A DNA stretch of 64,000 nt, taken from positions 1,053,331-1,117,330 of the forward strand of contig OY969901.1 in the NCBI GenBank assembly GCA_963704465.1, written 5' to 3'. A program made the translations under genes and the position numbers. Each line of letters starts with the position of its first letter. Position 1 is the first letter of the stretch. The notes under the pieces were generated by a model, which saw only the letters and a program-made list of their open reading frames with translations, was not told the DNA's origin and did no database searches. The DNA is from an uncultured bacterium. Lineage in GTDB: Bacteria; Babelota; Babeliae; Babelales; Vermiphilaceae. Positions 38,701 to 48,327 of this stretch are shown one piece after another.

Positions 38701-39720
38701 TTGGTGAAGGAGAACAGAAAGTATAGTTACATACTCATGATAAGCATGGCATTTTATTGCTCTGCTCAATCATCAGAAAAACGGCACCAAACTAATCAGT
38801 GGCTGGGTCACAAATCGGTTGAACAGTTGGTCAAGCAAGGCATTCGGCCTCAAAACAATGAACTCAACTGCCTGCACCAAAAACTAACCACGCTTACTGA
38901 TTTGCCAAAGTTCATACACACATGGCAACCATACAATCTCACAACAATGAACGTAAGCCATAATCATCTGCAAGATGAAAGCCTGATTACCGTTCTTAAA
39001 TGTGCACACAATCTTCAACACTTAGATTTTTCCCATAATGAAGTACATCAGCTCTGTACTATACCACCCCACGAACAGTTACAAAAACTAGTGCTTAATG
39101 ATAACCACATAAAAAAATTGTGCGTTAAAAAGGTGTTTGGTAGCTTAAAAAATCTTGTCTGGTGTTTGCTCAATAACAATCTTTTGAGCGATGACGATAT
39201 TACCGACAAGCAAGGATATTATCCAACTATTGAAACGATCTGGTTTGATCATACCGCGTTAAAAGAAAGCACCATACAAAGCTTCATAAAAATATTTCCC
39301 AACCTTTATTGCGAGCTTATGCCTGGTAACAATGCGATACAAAAACAGTATACGCAAAAAAAAGCACACTATGATATCTATATATCTAGCGACGATTACA
39401 TAAAATATACTGTTTACAGTTCTCTATTATGTGCAGGTTTAAGTGGATTTTATGGATTTACCCAATGCACACATTATTACGATCCCATTATTGCCTACGT
39501 AGGCTTGTCTGCATGTATGGGTATGCTATCTTCATGGATAGCAACACCAGTATGTATCAAGCTGTATAGCAAGATAGGTGGTTACTATATTACTGATCCT
39601 GCTTATCGTTATTACACAGAAAAAACACGCAACATACGGCCATATCCCTCCCTTTTAGGACATAGACATTCATATGAAGATGTGGAAGATCATGATCCCG
39701 GACAAGAAGACGAAGAATGA
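38701..39720 (+). CDS. Leucine-rich-repeat protein with C-terminal membrane module and acidic QEDE tail
   Basis: LRRs include LTTMNVSHNHLQDESL, LQHLDFSHNEVHQL, LQKLVLNDNHIKKL and LVWCLLNNNLLSDDDI. WFDHTALKESTIQSFIKIFPNLYCEL parallels WFDHHAATPSVAIRCIKAFPNLTCEL in 37220. Tail GQEDEE. The start codon is uncertain (TTG or GTG). Confidence 0.75.
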   Translation: MVKENRKYSYILMISMAFYCSAQSSEKRHQTNQWLGHKSVEQLVKQGIRPQNNELNCLHQKLTTLTDLPKFIHTWQPYNLTTMNVSHNHLQDESLITVLKCAHNLQHLDFSHNEVHQLCTIPPHEQLQKLVLNDNHIKKLCVKKVFGSLKNLVWCLLNNNLLSDDDITDKQGYYPTIETIWFDHTALKESTIQSFIKIFPNLYCELMPGNNAIQKQYTQKKAHYDIYISSDDYIKYTVYSSLLCAGLSGFYGFTQCTHYYDPIIAYVGLSACMGMLSSWIATPVCIKLYSKIGGYYITDPAYRYYTEKTRNIRPYPSLLGHRHSYEDVEDHDPGQEDEE

Positions 39721-39723
39721 TTT

Positions 39724-40365
39724 TTACTCAAGCACGAGCACAATGAGGGCACTGCAAATTGCAGCAAAGAAGCACCACACAGAGCCGAAAGCAAGATAAT
39801 ACCATATTTGCGCTGCACCAAACGCTAAAAGCACCAGCCAACCCATGGTTGATGCATAGGGGATGGTAGAAAGAAAGAGTGCGCCAGATGTTGCGAGCAA
39901 ATAAAATACAAGGCCCGCATAATACAATAGCGCACTAAATGGAAACTGGTTTGGTTGCTGATACGAAATATGATGATCAACCACTTCAACGGTAATTGGC
40001 CCCGCATAAAAATTAATACACGCAACAAGAGCAACAAATGCACCGGCAAGAATGGTACCAATGAGCCACTGCTTACGTTGTTGATTTTCTTCCAGATGCC
40101 ACAACACTATGGATAAATAGAGTGGCCACCAGACCGATGCAAAAAACAGATAGACATACACAGGAATAGAATAGGAAAGGGAGCTGTAATCACCACGCTC
40201 AATGGCAAGCCACACAAATCCTTCAAGCATCTGCTGAAGTGCAAAAAAACAGGGCACCGCTGCAATTAAACCAAACCGTGATCCGCCCGTTTTTTTAAGG
40301 CCCATAACACCAAGCACCGACAACACTGCCGCTGCACCAAAACTTGCCTGTGGAGAAAAACACAT
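39724..40365 (-). CDS. Hypothetical polytopic membrane protein
   Basis: 213 aa with about six hydrophobic segments. GAAGG SD-like sequence upstream. Confidence 0.6.
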   Translation of the reverse strand: MCFSPQASFGAAAVLSVLGVMGLKKTGGSRFGLIAAVPCFFALQQMLEGFVWLAIERGDYSSLSYSIPVYVYLFFASVWWPLYLSIVLWHLEENQQRKQWLIGTILAGAFVALVACINFYAGPITVEVVDHHISYQQPNQFPFSALLYYAGLVFYLLATSGALFLSTIPYASTMGWLVLLAFGAAQIWYYLAFGSVWCFFAAICSALIVLVLE

Positions 40366-40406
40366 ACTATTATTACCTTCTCTATCTAATTAATTAAAAC
40401 TGAGCA

Positions 40407-41726
40407 TTATGATATAAACTGTTTGCAAGAAAGACAAGGGTTTATAACGCTATGCCGTGTATATGATGCATATACAATAGTTCGGTGCCACGCATGCGCT
40501 TGCACAACGGCACCACAATACATTAACTGCTGCAGATATGGCGGCGCCCACCGATCATTCACGAGTGCAACAATCGGAAGATCAGAATATGTATCGCCGG
40601 GCACGCGATTAAAAAAAAGTTCGGAACAAATATACGGTACACATGCCACATCACCAACATACATCACCGGCCGCGCGTTAGACGATGGCACTATTTCTGG
40701 CATGTCTGCAAAAAAAAGTTGTTTGAAGAAAGGATGCTGCAAAAACCATGGCAACCGCTCAATGAGTGGCATTGCATGCCGTTTATCGAACCGCTTTTGC
40801 ACCACACCATTGCGTAACCAATAACAACTATTCCGAAAATGCTCACCATCTTGATAAAAAGAACCAATGATATAATCGCAGGTTTTTCTTGTTGGCATAT
40901 AGTCTGCAAGCGTAGATTCAGCGCAGATTCTCCAGGGATATACGGATGATTCAGGAAAAAGCACTGCTGCAAGCTCAGGATTACGCGCATAGGCACAGGC
41001 AACATATTCAGCAACCACGTTACATACCGATGCATCATCTACGCACGAAATGATTGATTCTTGCACAATGCCCACATGAGCAAATGCATCACGCAGTTCA
41101 TTGTTTAGTATAGGCTCATACTTATAATTCATGAGCATCAACAGACCGATTACCATGATTACTCCATAATATTTTTGATACCCAAACGCACGCGCAATAA
41201 AGGCACACATGATGCAAAAAAAAAGCGTAGCGCCGCCAACACCAACCAACGAAACTACACACAAAAAAAAATTGTGCGTTGCACATGGAATCAAGGGATT
41301 TGCAAGCAGATACCCTTCCCACCGCCCACAAAAAAAGAAACATCCATCGGTTATAAAAAGCCAGTAGCACCATAACCATAACACCCTGAGCAAGAGCTGA
41401 TAGGTTTCTAATACATACCGTTCGCACAAAAAACCAATGCTCCACCAGAGAGCAGTAGCAGATGCCAAATAACAGATCAAAAAAATACCGGGTAGCCATG
41501 CATAAAAACCAGCAGCGGGTGCGAGCGTGATAACACCAGAAATAAGACCATGCATATGTATACCATACGCAACAAAACCCCACATAAAAGAATGGGTAAA
41601 AGAAAAGGAACTGAGCGTGAACAACATCACGGTACTGATCCACGTACCAAAAAAACAGGTTTGTGGGAACAGAAAAGAGATCCCATATAAAAATCCAGAT
41701 GCTATCACTAATACCATATCGCGCAT
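40407..41726 (-). CDS. lnt: Apolipoprotein N-acyltransferase-like (Lnt; CN-hydrolase domain with N-terminal TMs)
   Basis: The hydrophobic N-terminal half is followed by candidate E-K-C triad motifs LFPESSV, FDKRHAMPLIERLP and VPYICSELFF. Compare E. coli WPESA, NKHHLVPFGEFVP and ICYE. Confidence 0.7.
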   Translation of the reverse strand: MRDMVLVIASGFLYGISFLFPQTCFFGTWISTVMLFTLSSFSFTHSFMWGFVAYGIHMHGLISGVITLAPAAGFYAWLPGIFLICYLASATALWWSIGFLCERYVLETYQLLLRVLWLWCYWLFITDGCFFFCGRWEGYLLANPLIPCATHNFFLCVVSLVGVGGATLFFCIMCAFIARAFGYQKYYGVIMVIGLLMLMNYKYEPILNNELRDAFAHVGIVQESIISCVDDASVCNVVAEYVACAYARNPELAAVLFPESSVYPWRICAESTLADYMPTRKTCDYIIGSFYQDGEHFRNSCYWLRNGVVQKRFDKRHAMPLIERLPWFLQHPFFKQLFFADMPEIVPSSNARPVMYVGDVACVPYICSELFFNRVPGDTYSDLPIVALVNDRWAPPYLQQLMYCGAVVQAHAWHRTIVYASYTRHSVINPCLSCKQFIS

Positions 41727-41830
41727 AGCGCACGCTTTTTATTGAGCTTTTATGTCAAGGGCCTTAGATTTACAATCATGCGCATCCCCTTATACTAAAC
41801 ATTACAAAAACCTCTTTATTAAGGGAATAC

Positions 41831-42223
41831 ATGTTTAAAAAAAATCAGTTATCAATAATCCTTGCCACAAGTGTCATCATAGCAAATACAGTTGCAAATC
41901 CTGAAAGACCATCATTTTTGAAAGATGAATCTTCTTTGGAGCGAACACATACACATCATGAAGAATCACCAAAAGAAAGAGAAGCCCGTATAAATAGGGA
42001 ATTTCACCAACAAACCACACCCGAGCATTATTGGGAAAAACAGATCACCGGCTTCGCTGTCATAGGAGGCGCAATCTACTATCTATATAAATGGTTGTGT
42101 GGTAACAAAAAAGACACTGGTAGCACCTCTGGTGAGCAAAAAAATCAATCCTTCAGTGATGCCACAGCATCCGGCGATGCGCAGTCACACAACGAATCAG
42201 CTGATAATTCAACAGCAGAATAA
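41831..42223 (+). CDS. Hypothetical membrane-anchored protein
   Basis: AAGGGAAT SD-like sequence upstream. Leader LSIILATSVIIANTVA. A second hydrophobic segment is ITGFAVIGGAIYYLYKWL. Confidence 0.55.
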   Translation: MFKKNQLSIILATSVIIANTVANPERPSFLKDESSLERTHTHHEESPKEREARINREFHQQTTPEHYWEKQITGFAVIGGAIYYLYKWLCGNKKDTGSTSGEQKNQSFSDATASGDAQSHNESADNSTAE

Positions 42224-42241
42224 ACGCACACATTGATACGC

Positions 42242-42278
42242 AAAAGAGCCCCAGAGATTTTTCTCTGGGGCTCTTTTT
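42242..42278. terminator. Bidirectional rho-independent terminator
   Basis: AAAA-GAGCCCCAGAGA-tttt-TCTCTGGGGCTC-TTTTT, between convergent genes. Confidence 0.75.
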
Positions 42279-42318
42279 ATTTCTTATACGTAAAAGTCAG
42301 TGTTGAAAACACTCAGCG

Positions 42319-42732
42319 TTACGATAATTTCAAATCAGGGAAGAACAAGCCAAGTTCAGTAGCGGCTGTCTCTGGGGCATCGGAGCCGTGTGCTGCGTTA
42401 GAACCAATGTTGGTGCCATACAGTTTACGTACCGTGCCATAGGCTGCTGCTGCTGGGTTTGTTGCACCCATAAGCTCACGCCATGCAGTTACTGCGCCAT
42501 CTTTTTTAAGCGCGAGAACTACTACAGGACCTGACACCACGAAATCTACCATTTCACCAAAGAACGGGCGTGCTTTATGGATTGCATAAAACTCTTCTAC
42601 CGTTGCACGGCTTAAAGTTCTTTTTTCCATACGCACGATCTCAAACCCACTTTTTTCGATAAGGGTTAAGATCGCGCCGGTATTCCCGGCGCGCACTGCA
42701 TCTGGTTTAATCATTGCAAAGGTAAAGTTCAT
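42319..42732 (-). CDS. ndk: Nucleoside diphosphate kinase
   Basis: FAMIKPDAV..., catalytic His motif NAAHGSD, 137 aa. It starts 3 nt after the rpsA stop. Confidence 0.95.
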   Translation of the reverse strand: MNFTFAMIKPDAVRAGNTGAILTLIEKSGFEIVRMEKRTLSRATVEEFYAIHKARPFFGEMVDFVVSGPVVVLALKKDGAVTAWRELMGATNPAAAAYGTVRKLYGTNIGSNAAHGSDAPETAATELGLFFPDLKLS

Positions 42733-42734
42733 AC

Positions 42735-44570
42735 TTACTCCTTACCCTTCTTTGCATCAGTTTCTTCTTCACGTTGGCGAAGTGCTGATTCAAGCGCTAA
42801 CTGGAATGCACTCTTCGCACCTGGTGTAGAAGTTGAAGCAGAGGTTTGAGCTACAGCTTTAGGCTGTTTTTTAGCCGTTGTTGCTTTTGCTGGCGCTTTT
42901 TGCGCTACTGGCGCAGCTGCCGCATCAAGACGTGTGCTCAATGCAAGCTTGCGCTCTTGTTTGCTTACGCTTACCACGCGGAACTCATGTGATGTACCAA
43001 CGGTGAAGTATTCGTCTGCTTTTTTGCCTTGTTCGCTGGTAACTGCAGTATTGTGTACAAGCCCTTCTATACCACTTGGAAGCTTAATGAAAGCACCAAA
43101 GTTAGTAAGCTTGCTCACGGTACCGGTTACAATAGAGCCCACTGGATATTGTGTTTCCACTTCATTCCAAGGATCTTGCTCAAGTTGTTTGATGCCAAGG
43201 GAGATTTTCTTGCTATCTTTATCAATTGCAAGAACCATTGCTTCTACTTCTTGGCCGATAGTATAGCGATCTTTTGGATGCTCAACATGCTCAGTCCATG
43301 AAAGGTCTGAAATGTGCACCAATCCATCAATGCCCGGAAGCAATTGTACAAACACACCAAAATCGGTGATATTGCTGATAGTTCCTTTGATCTTTTGACC
43401 AACGGAGAACTGCTCTGCAACTTGATCCCATGGGTTTTTCTCAAGCTGCTTAACGCTCAATGACATACGACGGCTGTCGCGGTCAAGGGCAACTAAGAGC
43501 ACTTCAATTTCTTCGCCCACTTTATAGCGTGAGTGAAGATTTTCGATGCGATCTGTCCATGAAATTTCTGAAATATGTACTAAGCCTTCAATATTAGGGG
43601 CTACTTGTACAAACAAGCCGTAATCGGTGATGCTTGAAATAGTACCTTTGATCTTCTGACCAACCACAAGGTTCTTCTCAACTTCTTCCCAAGGATTTGG
43701 GGTAAGCTGTTTAAGACCAAGGGATATTTTTTCAGTATCTTTATCAAATGAAAGTACTTTGACGGTTACTTGATCGCCAATAGTCAGAAGCTCGCCTGGA
43801 TGTGCGATGCGACCCCAGGTCATATCAGTGATATGAAGCAAGCCATCTACGCCACCAATGTCAATGAACGCACCATAATTGGTGATGTTCTTAACAGTAC
43901 CTTGGATGATTTGATTAACTTGTAGATCACCAAGTACTTTTTTGCGGCTATCAGCACGCTGGTCTGACATATATTTGCGGCGGGAAATGATAACGTTGCC
44001 ACGTTTACGGTTGATCTTAAGGATGTTTGCCGTTACTTTTTGGCCAACATATTGGTCAAAATCAGTAACGCGTTGCAGATCAATCTGTGAGCCTGGCAAG
44101 AATGCATCGATGCCGATATCAACGGATAAGCCACCTTTAACCTTGTGCGTTACGGTACCAGTTACTGGTTCGCCCGCTTCAAAGAGCTTCACAATGCGAT
44201 CCCATGCACGCATAGCTTTAGCACGTTCGTAAGAAACAACCACGCGGCCTTCTGGGCTTTCAAGTTGTTCTACAAGCACTTCAAGCTCATCGCCTAGTGA
44301 AAGGCCCTTCATCTCATGTGGACCAAATTCAAACTTTGGAATAAGGCCATTAGACTTATATTTGAGATCAACCAATACACCATCTGAATCGATGCGTACA
44401 ATACGCGCCGTAGTGGTTTTGCCTGGTTGGAAATTTTTGAAAATACCTTCGTAGAGGGCGTTTAGCTCAGCAGCAGTATCGCTACCGTTTTCAAACACCA
44501 CATCTTCCATCGTCAGTGCCTTATCTTTAGACACGCGATACTGGGAGGTACGTATCAGCTCTTTTGACAT
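42735..44570 (-). CDS. rpsA: 30S ribosomal protein S1
   Basis: Repeated S1/OB motifs include GTVKNITNYGAFIDIGGVDGLLHITD, GTISSITDYGLFVQVAPNIEGLVHISE, GTISNITDFGVFVQLLPGIDGLVHISD and GTVSKLTNFGAFIKLPSGIEGLVH. I trimmed the start to MSKEL, which has AAGGAG 9 nt upstream. Confidence 0.95.
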   Translation of the reverse strand: MSKELIRTSQYRVSKDKALTMEDVVFENGSDTAAELNALYEGIFKNFQPGKTTTARIVRIDSDGVLVDLKYKSNGLIPKFEFGPHEMKGLSLGDELEVLVEQLESPEGRVVVSYERAKAMRAWDRIVKLFEAGEPVTGTVTHKVKGGLSVDIGIDAFLPGSQIDLQRVTDFDQYVGQKVTANILKINRKRGNVIISRRKYMSDQRADSRKKVLGDLQVNQIIQGTVKNITNYGAFIDIGGVDGLLHITDMTWGRIAHPGELLTIGDQVTVKVLSFDKDTEKISLGLKQLTPNPWEEVEKNLVVGQKIKGTISSITDYGLFVQVAPNIEGLVHISEISWTDRIENLHSRYKVGEEIEVLLVALDRDSRRMSLSVKQLEKNPWDQVAEQFSVGQKIKGTISNITDFGVFVQLLPGIDGLVHISDLSWTEHVEHPKDRYTIGQEVEAMVLAIDKDSKKISLGIKQLEQDPWNEVETQYPVGSIVTGTVSKLTNFGAFIKLPSGIEGLVHNTAVTSEQGKKADEYFTVGTSHEFRVVSVSKQERKLALSTRLDAAAAPVAQKAPAKATTAKKQPKAVAQTSASTSTPGAKSAFQLALESALRQREEETDAKKGKE

Positions 44571-44756
44571 GTAACAATGCTCCTTGAGAGTCATAGTCTC
44601 TGGGCTCAGACGAGATAAGAGCCAGAGGTTACAGGGTTAAATAACGAGGCATTAGGCAACACACCTAAAATACCTATAAATCTAACCTACCGTTAAATAA
44701 GCCAAAATGCAAATGGGAAAGAGCGAAAAAAGCATGACTCTTAGGCCTCATACCTC

Positions 44757-44786
44757 TTGCGTAAAACTTTTAGAAGACGGTATACT
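44757..44786 (+). promoter_or_regulatory. Candidate sigma70-type promoter
   Basis: TTGCGT (44757-44762), an 18-nt spacer, then TATACT (44781-44786), about 40 nt upstream of the ATG at 44827. Confidence 0.3.
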
Positions 44787-44826
44787 ATGAGCCATTCAAT
44801 ACCCTACAACCTCCAAGGATTGTGCA

Positions 44827-45972
44827 ATGATGACCCCCCTGCACGGCTTTACCGCACTATTATTGCTCGCTGGCGCTTATAAACAACAAGAAATACTTCA
44901 AAAAGGAACTATTTTAGTTGCGTGCTCAAACCGCAACAAAAATAGTGTTGTTATGCACTTTTCAAACGAACTTTGGCAAAAAAAATACGCAAACCTTGCA
45001 TATGAGAACAAGCCAAACGTTACCACTCTTGATCTCGAGAAGGCAGTCAATCCAGGTAACCATATCATTGCAGACCTTTCTAAACCTATTACATATACAA
45101 AAAAATATAACGCCATTTATCTAGAAAGACCTTTGACCACTGTTAAAGGAAGCAGCCACCCAAATATTGTTAACATCTACTGTAAACACCTATTACCACT
45201 GCTCACAGAAGGATACTTCACTATTGAATGGGATCCTATGGTAGGAATGTTAGATAGCACACATAAAAATACTGCTAAGGCGGAATTGCATTTATGTTCA
45301 TATGTAAATCCATTTACTGGATATTTTAATATCGATTCTTGCCTTGAAATAACGAGCGCGGCACTTAAAAAAGGGCCATGTACGCCTACTCAAGATACAC
45401 AAGAAACCTTTTGTATAAAAAAAATACAGGAACTGCTCGGCTTTTATGCGGCAAATCAATCTGCTACCATTGAACAACTCCATGAAAGGCTCGAGTTAGA
45501 AATGAAATTAATACAAATCTCACAATTAGACAAATATAAACATTTAACACTGTGTACTGAAAAAAGTACTACAGAATCCATACAATCATTTAATGAATCC
45601 ACGCATCATGCGTTCCTTCTAAAAGATAACAACGGGACTTTCATATCCGATACGGCTATTCCTCTTACACAACCAGCCAAACCTATCAAAAAGAGTAACA
45701 GTATGGAATTAGCGCCATTTGAACAACAACTCACCCTTTTCCATTGTCTATGGTCCGATATTACCATACTCATGAATGGTCAACAGGCTATCGAATGCCT
45801 TCAAAAACTTGGTCTTAAAAACGTTACCTTATGGCGTGGCACAAGCCCCTATAACGGCCGCAAAAATGTGTGGCTCCTGCGGGGATATAAAAAATCCCGA
45901 GAAGATCTGATTCTTGATGAAACAGATGCAGAATTGCGTGCTCTGTTGCACAAGGGCTCATATAAACAATAA
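44827..45972 (+). CDS. Hypothetical protein
   Basis: 381-aa ORF with AAGGA upstream. I can assign no domain with confidence. Confidence 0.6.
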   Translation: MMTPLHGFTALLLLAGAYKQQEILQKGTILVACSNRNKNSVVMHFSNELWQKKYANLAYENKPNVTTLDLEKAVNPGNHIIADLSKPITYTKKYNAIYLERPLTTVKGSSHPNIVNIYCKHLLPLLTEGYFTIEWDPMVGMLDSTHKNTAKAELHLCSYVNPFTGYFNIDSCLEITSAALKKGPCTPTQDTQETFCIKKIQELLGFYAANQSATIEQLHERLELEMKLIQISQLDKYKHLTLCTEKSTTESIQSFNESTHHAFLLKDNNGTFISDTAIPLTQPAKPIKKSNSMELAPFEQQLTLFHCLWSDITILMNGQQAIECLQKLGLKNVTLWRGTSPYNGRKNVWLLRGYKKSREDLILDETDAELRALLHKGSYKQ

Positions 45973-46044
45973 CCATGCTCATAGTAGACTATTACGCTGC
46001 AGAGACCTATTATATATACATAGGTCTCTCAAAAGAATGTGAAT

Positions 46045-46776
46045 ATGACAAAAAAAGCAACAGCTATCGATATTATTTTTGGTATCCATCCGGTATTGGA
46101 ACTGTTACGCGCAAAAAAACGTAAGCTCGTGGCCATCTATACCACGCAGCCAGTGCCCAAGCAATGGCATACCATCCAAGCACTGCTCCCAAGCTATCCG
46201 GTTGAAATTAAACATGTAACCCGCGAAGCATTGGCTCGCCTTGCAGGCACCACCGATCATCAAGGCGTTGTTGCCTATGCACAACCATTCGTGCTTCATG
46301 GCAAACCGTTTGATGCAAAAAAATACCCTTCATTAATCGTGCTTGATGGCATTCAAGACCCGCGCAATCTTGGCGCTATCATCCGCTCCGCATCATGCAC
46401 CAGCACCAGTGGCGTTTTGATCACGGCAAAAAATAGCGCACCACTTAATGCAGTGGCCCTTAAATCATCCGCAGGCCTTGCAGAGCATATGCCTATTCGC
46501 ATAGTGCCCTCTGCTGAAATTGCAGCACAAGAGCTTAAAGATGCGGGATACGCAGTATTTGGCGGCCTCTTTGGCGGCACCGATGCACGCACTATCACCA
46601 TACAAAAACCGTATGCACTCGTGATTGGCAGTGAAGGCACCGGCATCTCCACGCCGCTGAAAAAAATCAGCACCGCGATTACGTTGCCCCAACGAGCACC
46701 CGACATTTCTTATAACGCCTCCGTTGCTGCCGGCATTTTGCTCTTTCTTTTCTCTTCTCAGATAAAACAGATATAA
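46045..46776 (+). CDS. rlmB: TrmH-family 23S rRNA 2'-O-methyltransferase (RlmB-like)
   Basis: IFGIHPVLELLRAKKRKL, GIQDPRNLGAIIRSA, LVIGSEGTGIS and SYNASVAAGILLF. Confidence 0.8.
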   Translation: MTKKATAIDIIFGIHPVLELLRAKKRKLVAIYTTQPVPKQWHTIQALLPSYPVEIKHVTREALARLAGTTDHQGVVAYAQPFVLHGKPFDAKKYPSLIVLDGIQDPRNLGAIIRSASCTSTSGVLITAKNSAPLNAVALKSSAGLAEHMPIRIVPSAEIAAQELKDAGYAVFGGLFGGTDARTITIQKPYALVIGSEGTGISTPLKKISTAITLPQRAPDISYNASVAAGILLFLFSSQIKQI

Positions 46777-46814
46777 TCAGGGAAAGTGATTGGCCATAAG
46801 CCTGGAGAACTATC

Positions 46815-47564
46815 GTGAACGATATTCTGCTGAGAATTTCTGAAAAAAAAGCAAAGCTCGATGCATTAAGACCATTACCCTCTGCGCTTGAACAGAATTT
46901 ATATGAGTGGTTCAGAATTGCCTTAACCTACTCCTCTAACGCGATAGAAGGCAATACCCTAACGCTTGCAGAAACAGCACAGGTAGTTGAAAAACAGATT
47001 ACCGTGGGTGGCAAAAGCATCACGGAACATCTTGAAGCCCGCAATCATGCAGCGGCCGTTGATTTTATAAAAGAACTGGCCACCACTAAAAAACGTAGCC
47101 AACTCAATCTCGATGATATTTTGACCATTCATGCCATTATTTTGCGCACGATCAACGATGCACAAGCCGGCCATTTGCGAACCGTAGCAGTCCGCGTTAT
47201 TGGCTCACCAGCTCCGTGCCCAAACTATCTCAAAGTGCCGCAACTCATGGATGAGCTCATAACATCTATGACCACTACTCAGAACCACATTGCAACCATT
47301 GCAGCACACGCCCACCTACAATTAGTGCTCATTCACCCATTTATTGATGGCAATGGGCGCACCGCACGCCTTCTTATGAACCTACTCTTACTGCAAGAAC
47401 ACTATCCGCTCGTGATTATCGACGCACAAGAGCGCACTCAATACATCAACGCCGTACAAAAAGCGGTCATGGGTGAAACTGATGATTACTATACGCTGGT
47501 ATACACCGCTATTGAGCACAGCCTTGATGAATATTTGAAGGCCGCGGAAGAGTCGCAATTGTAA
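46815..47564 (+). CDS. Fic-domain protein (AMPylase family) with N-terminal inhibitory-helix motif
   Basis: Fic motif HPFIDGNGRTARLL (HPFxxGNGRxxR). The upstream segment SNAIEG fits (S/T)xxxE(G/N). GTG start. Confidence 0.9.
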   Translation: MNDILLRISEKKAKLDALRPLPSALEQNLYEWFRIALTYSSNAIEGNTLTLAETAQVVEKQITVGGKSITEHLEARNHAAAVDFIKELATTKKRSQLNLDDILTIHAIILRTINDAQAGHLRTVAVRVIGSPAPCPNYLKVPQLMDELITSMTTTQNHIATIAAHAHLQLVLIHPFIDGNGRTARLLMNLLLLQEHYPLVIIDAQERTQYINAVQKAVMGETDDYYTLVYTAIEHSLDEYLKAAEESQL

Positions 47565-47793
47565 TTGTTATGCGAAATGACGTGCCGCATGATGCTAAAA
47601 CGCAAACCTGAAATTATTGAACTTATTCCGCAGGATCATCCCGAAACTATTGCTGCGTTAAAATCACAAGGCACCATTTAGTAATCTATACACTATAACC
47701 ATGATTAATACGCACAGAAGATTGGCGTGTTACGAATGTCTATAAAATATGATAGATGAGAAAGAATTATGGGGAACCCCAAAAGTGAAAATA

Positions 47794-47896
47794 GGCGAAG
47801 ACTGCCCGCCTTCGTTAGTCCGCTTACAATAAAGCTGTAGCGTGATTCAACTTCGGCGTGGCACTACGCCATAGCTCCTGAAGGAGCGACGGCGAG
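47794..47896 (+). repeat. GC-rich repeat element, short copy C, abutting the ssrA 3' end
   Basis: CGCCATAGCT (47867-47876) and AGCGACGGCG (47885-47894) are identical to 19134-19143 and 19146-19155 of copy A. GCTGTAGCG also occurs in copy B. Confidence 0.65.
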
Positions 47897-48264
47897 TGGT
47901 GGAGGCGATGGGAGTCGAACCCATGTCCGCATCAACATTGGCGCCAGGTACTCCATGTATAGTCTTTAATTATACAGCATGCATCACCGTAAAGACGCGA
48001 TATAATGCACACGATTGCTTAGTGATACTCGCTTACGCTTTGCAAAGCAATTGAATCGTACGCGCGAGTCCTATTTGGGTTTATACGAGGCTATGACACA
48101 TATAGGCATGCATCATAGACAAGAACTAATTGCTACTCGAGCAATTAGTTACGCGAAAACTGGTTCGCCGTTTATTGTTTTTGCCTGCGTGTTTTACGAG
48201 CCGACAAGCTTCGCTCGACATGCACCCATCGCGAACGCTAACCCGTCGAAACCGTTACGCCCCC
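47897..48264 (-). ncRNA. ssrA: tmRNA (SsrA)
   Basis: Read on the minus strand, the 5' end is GGGGGCGUAACGGUUUCGACGGG and the 3' end is GGACAUGGGUUCGACUCCCAUCGCCUCCACCA. The acceptor stem has a G3:U pair and the T-arm is AUGGG-UUCGACU-CCCAU. The candidate tag frame is GCA AAA ACA AUA AAC GGC GAA CCA GUU UUC GCG UAA. It lies immediately downstream of smpB. Confidence 0.9.
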
Positions 48265-48327
48265 GCAATTGATATTCTCAAAGATCTGTATAGATAGTAT
48301 AGCAGCTGATTTTTCTATTTGTCAAAC

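Noticed and set aside
47577-47681. A 34-codon ORF (MTCRMMLKRKPEIIELIPQDHPETIAALKSQGTI) downstream of the Fic gene, possibly a small partner or antitoxin.
   Set aside because: It has no SD and no recognisable motif. The Fic protein already carries its own inhibitory motif, so no separate antitoxin is needed.
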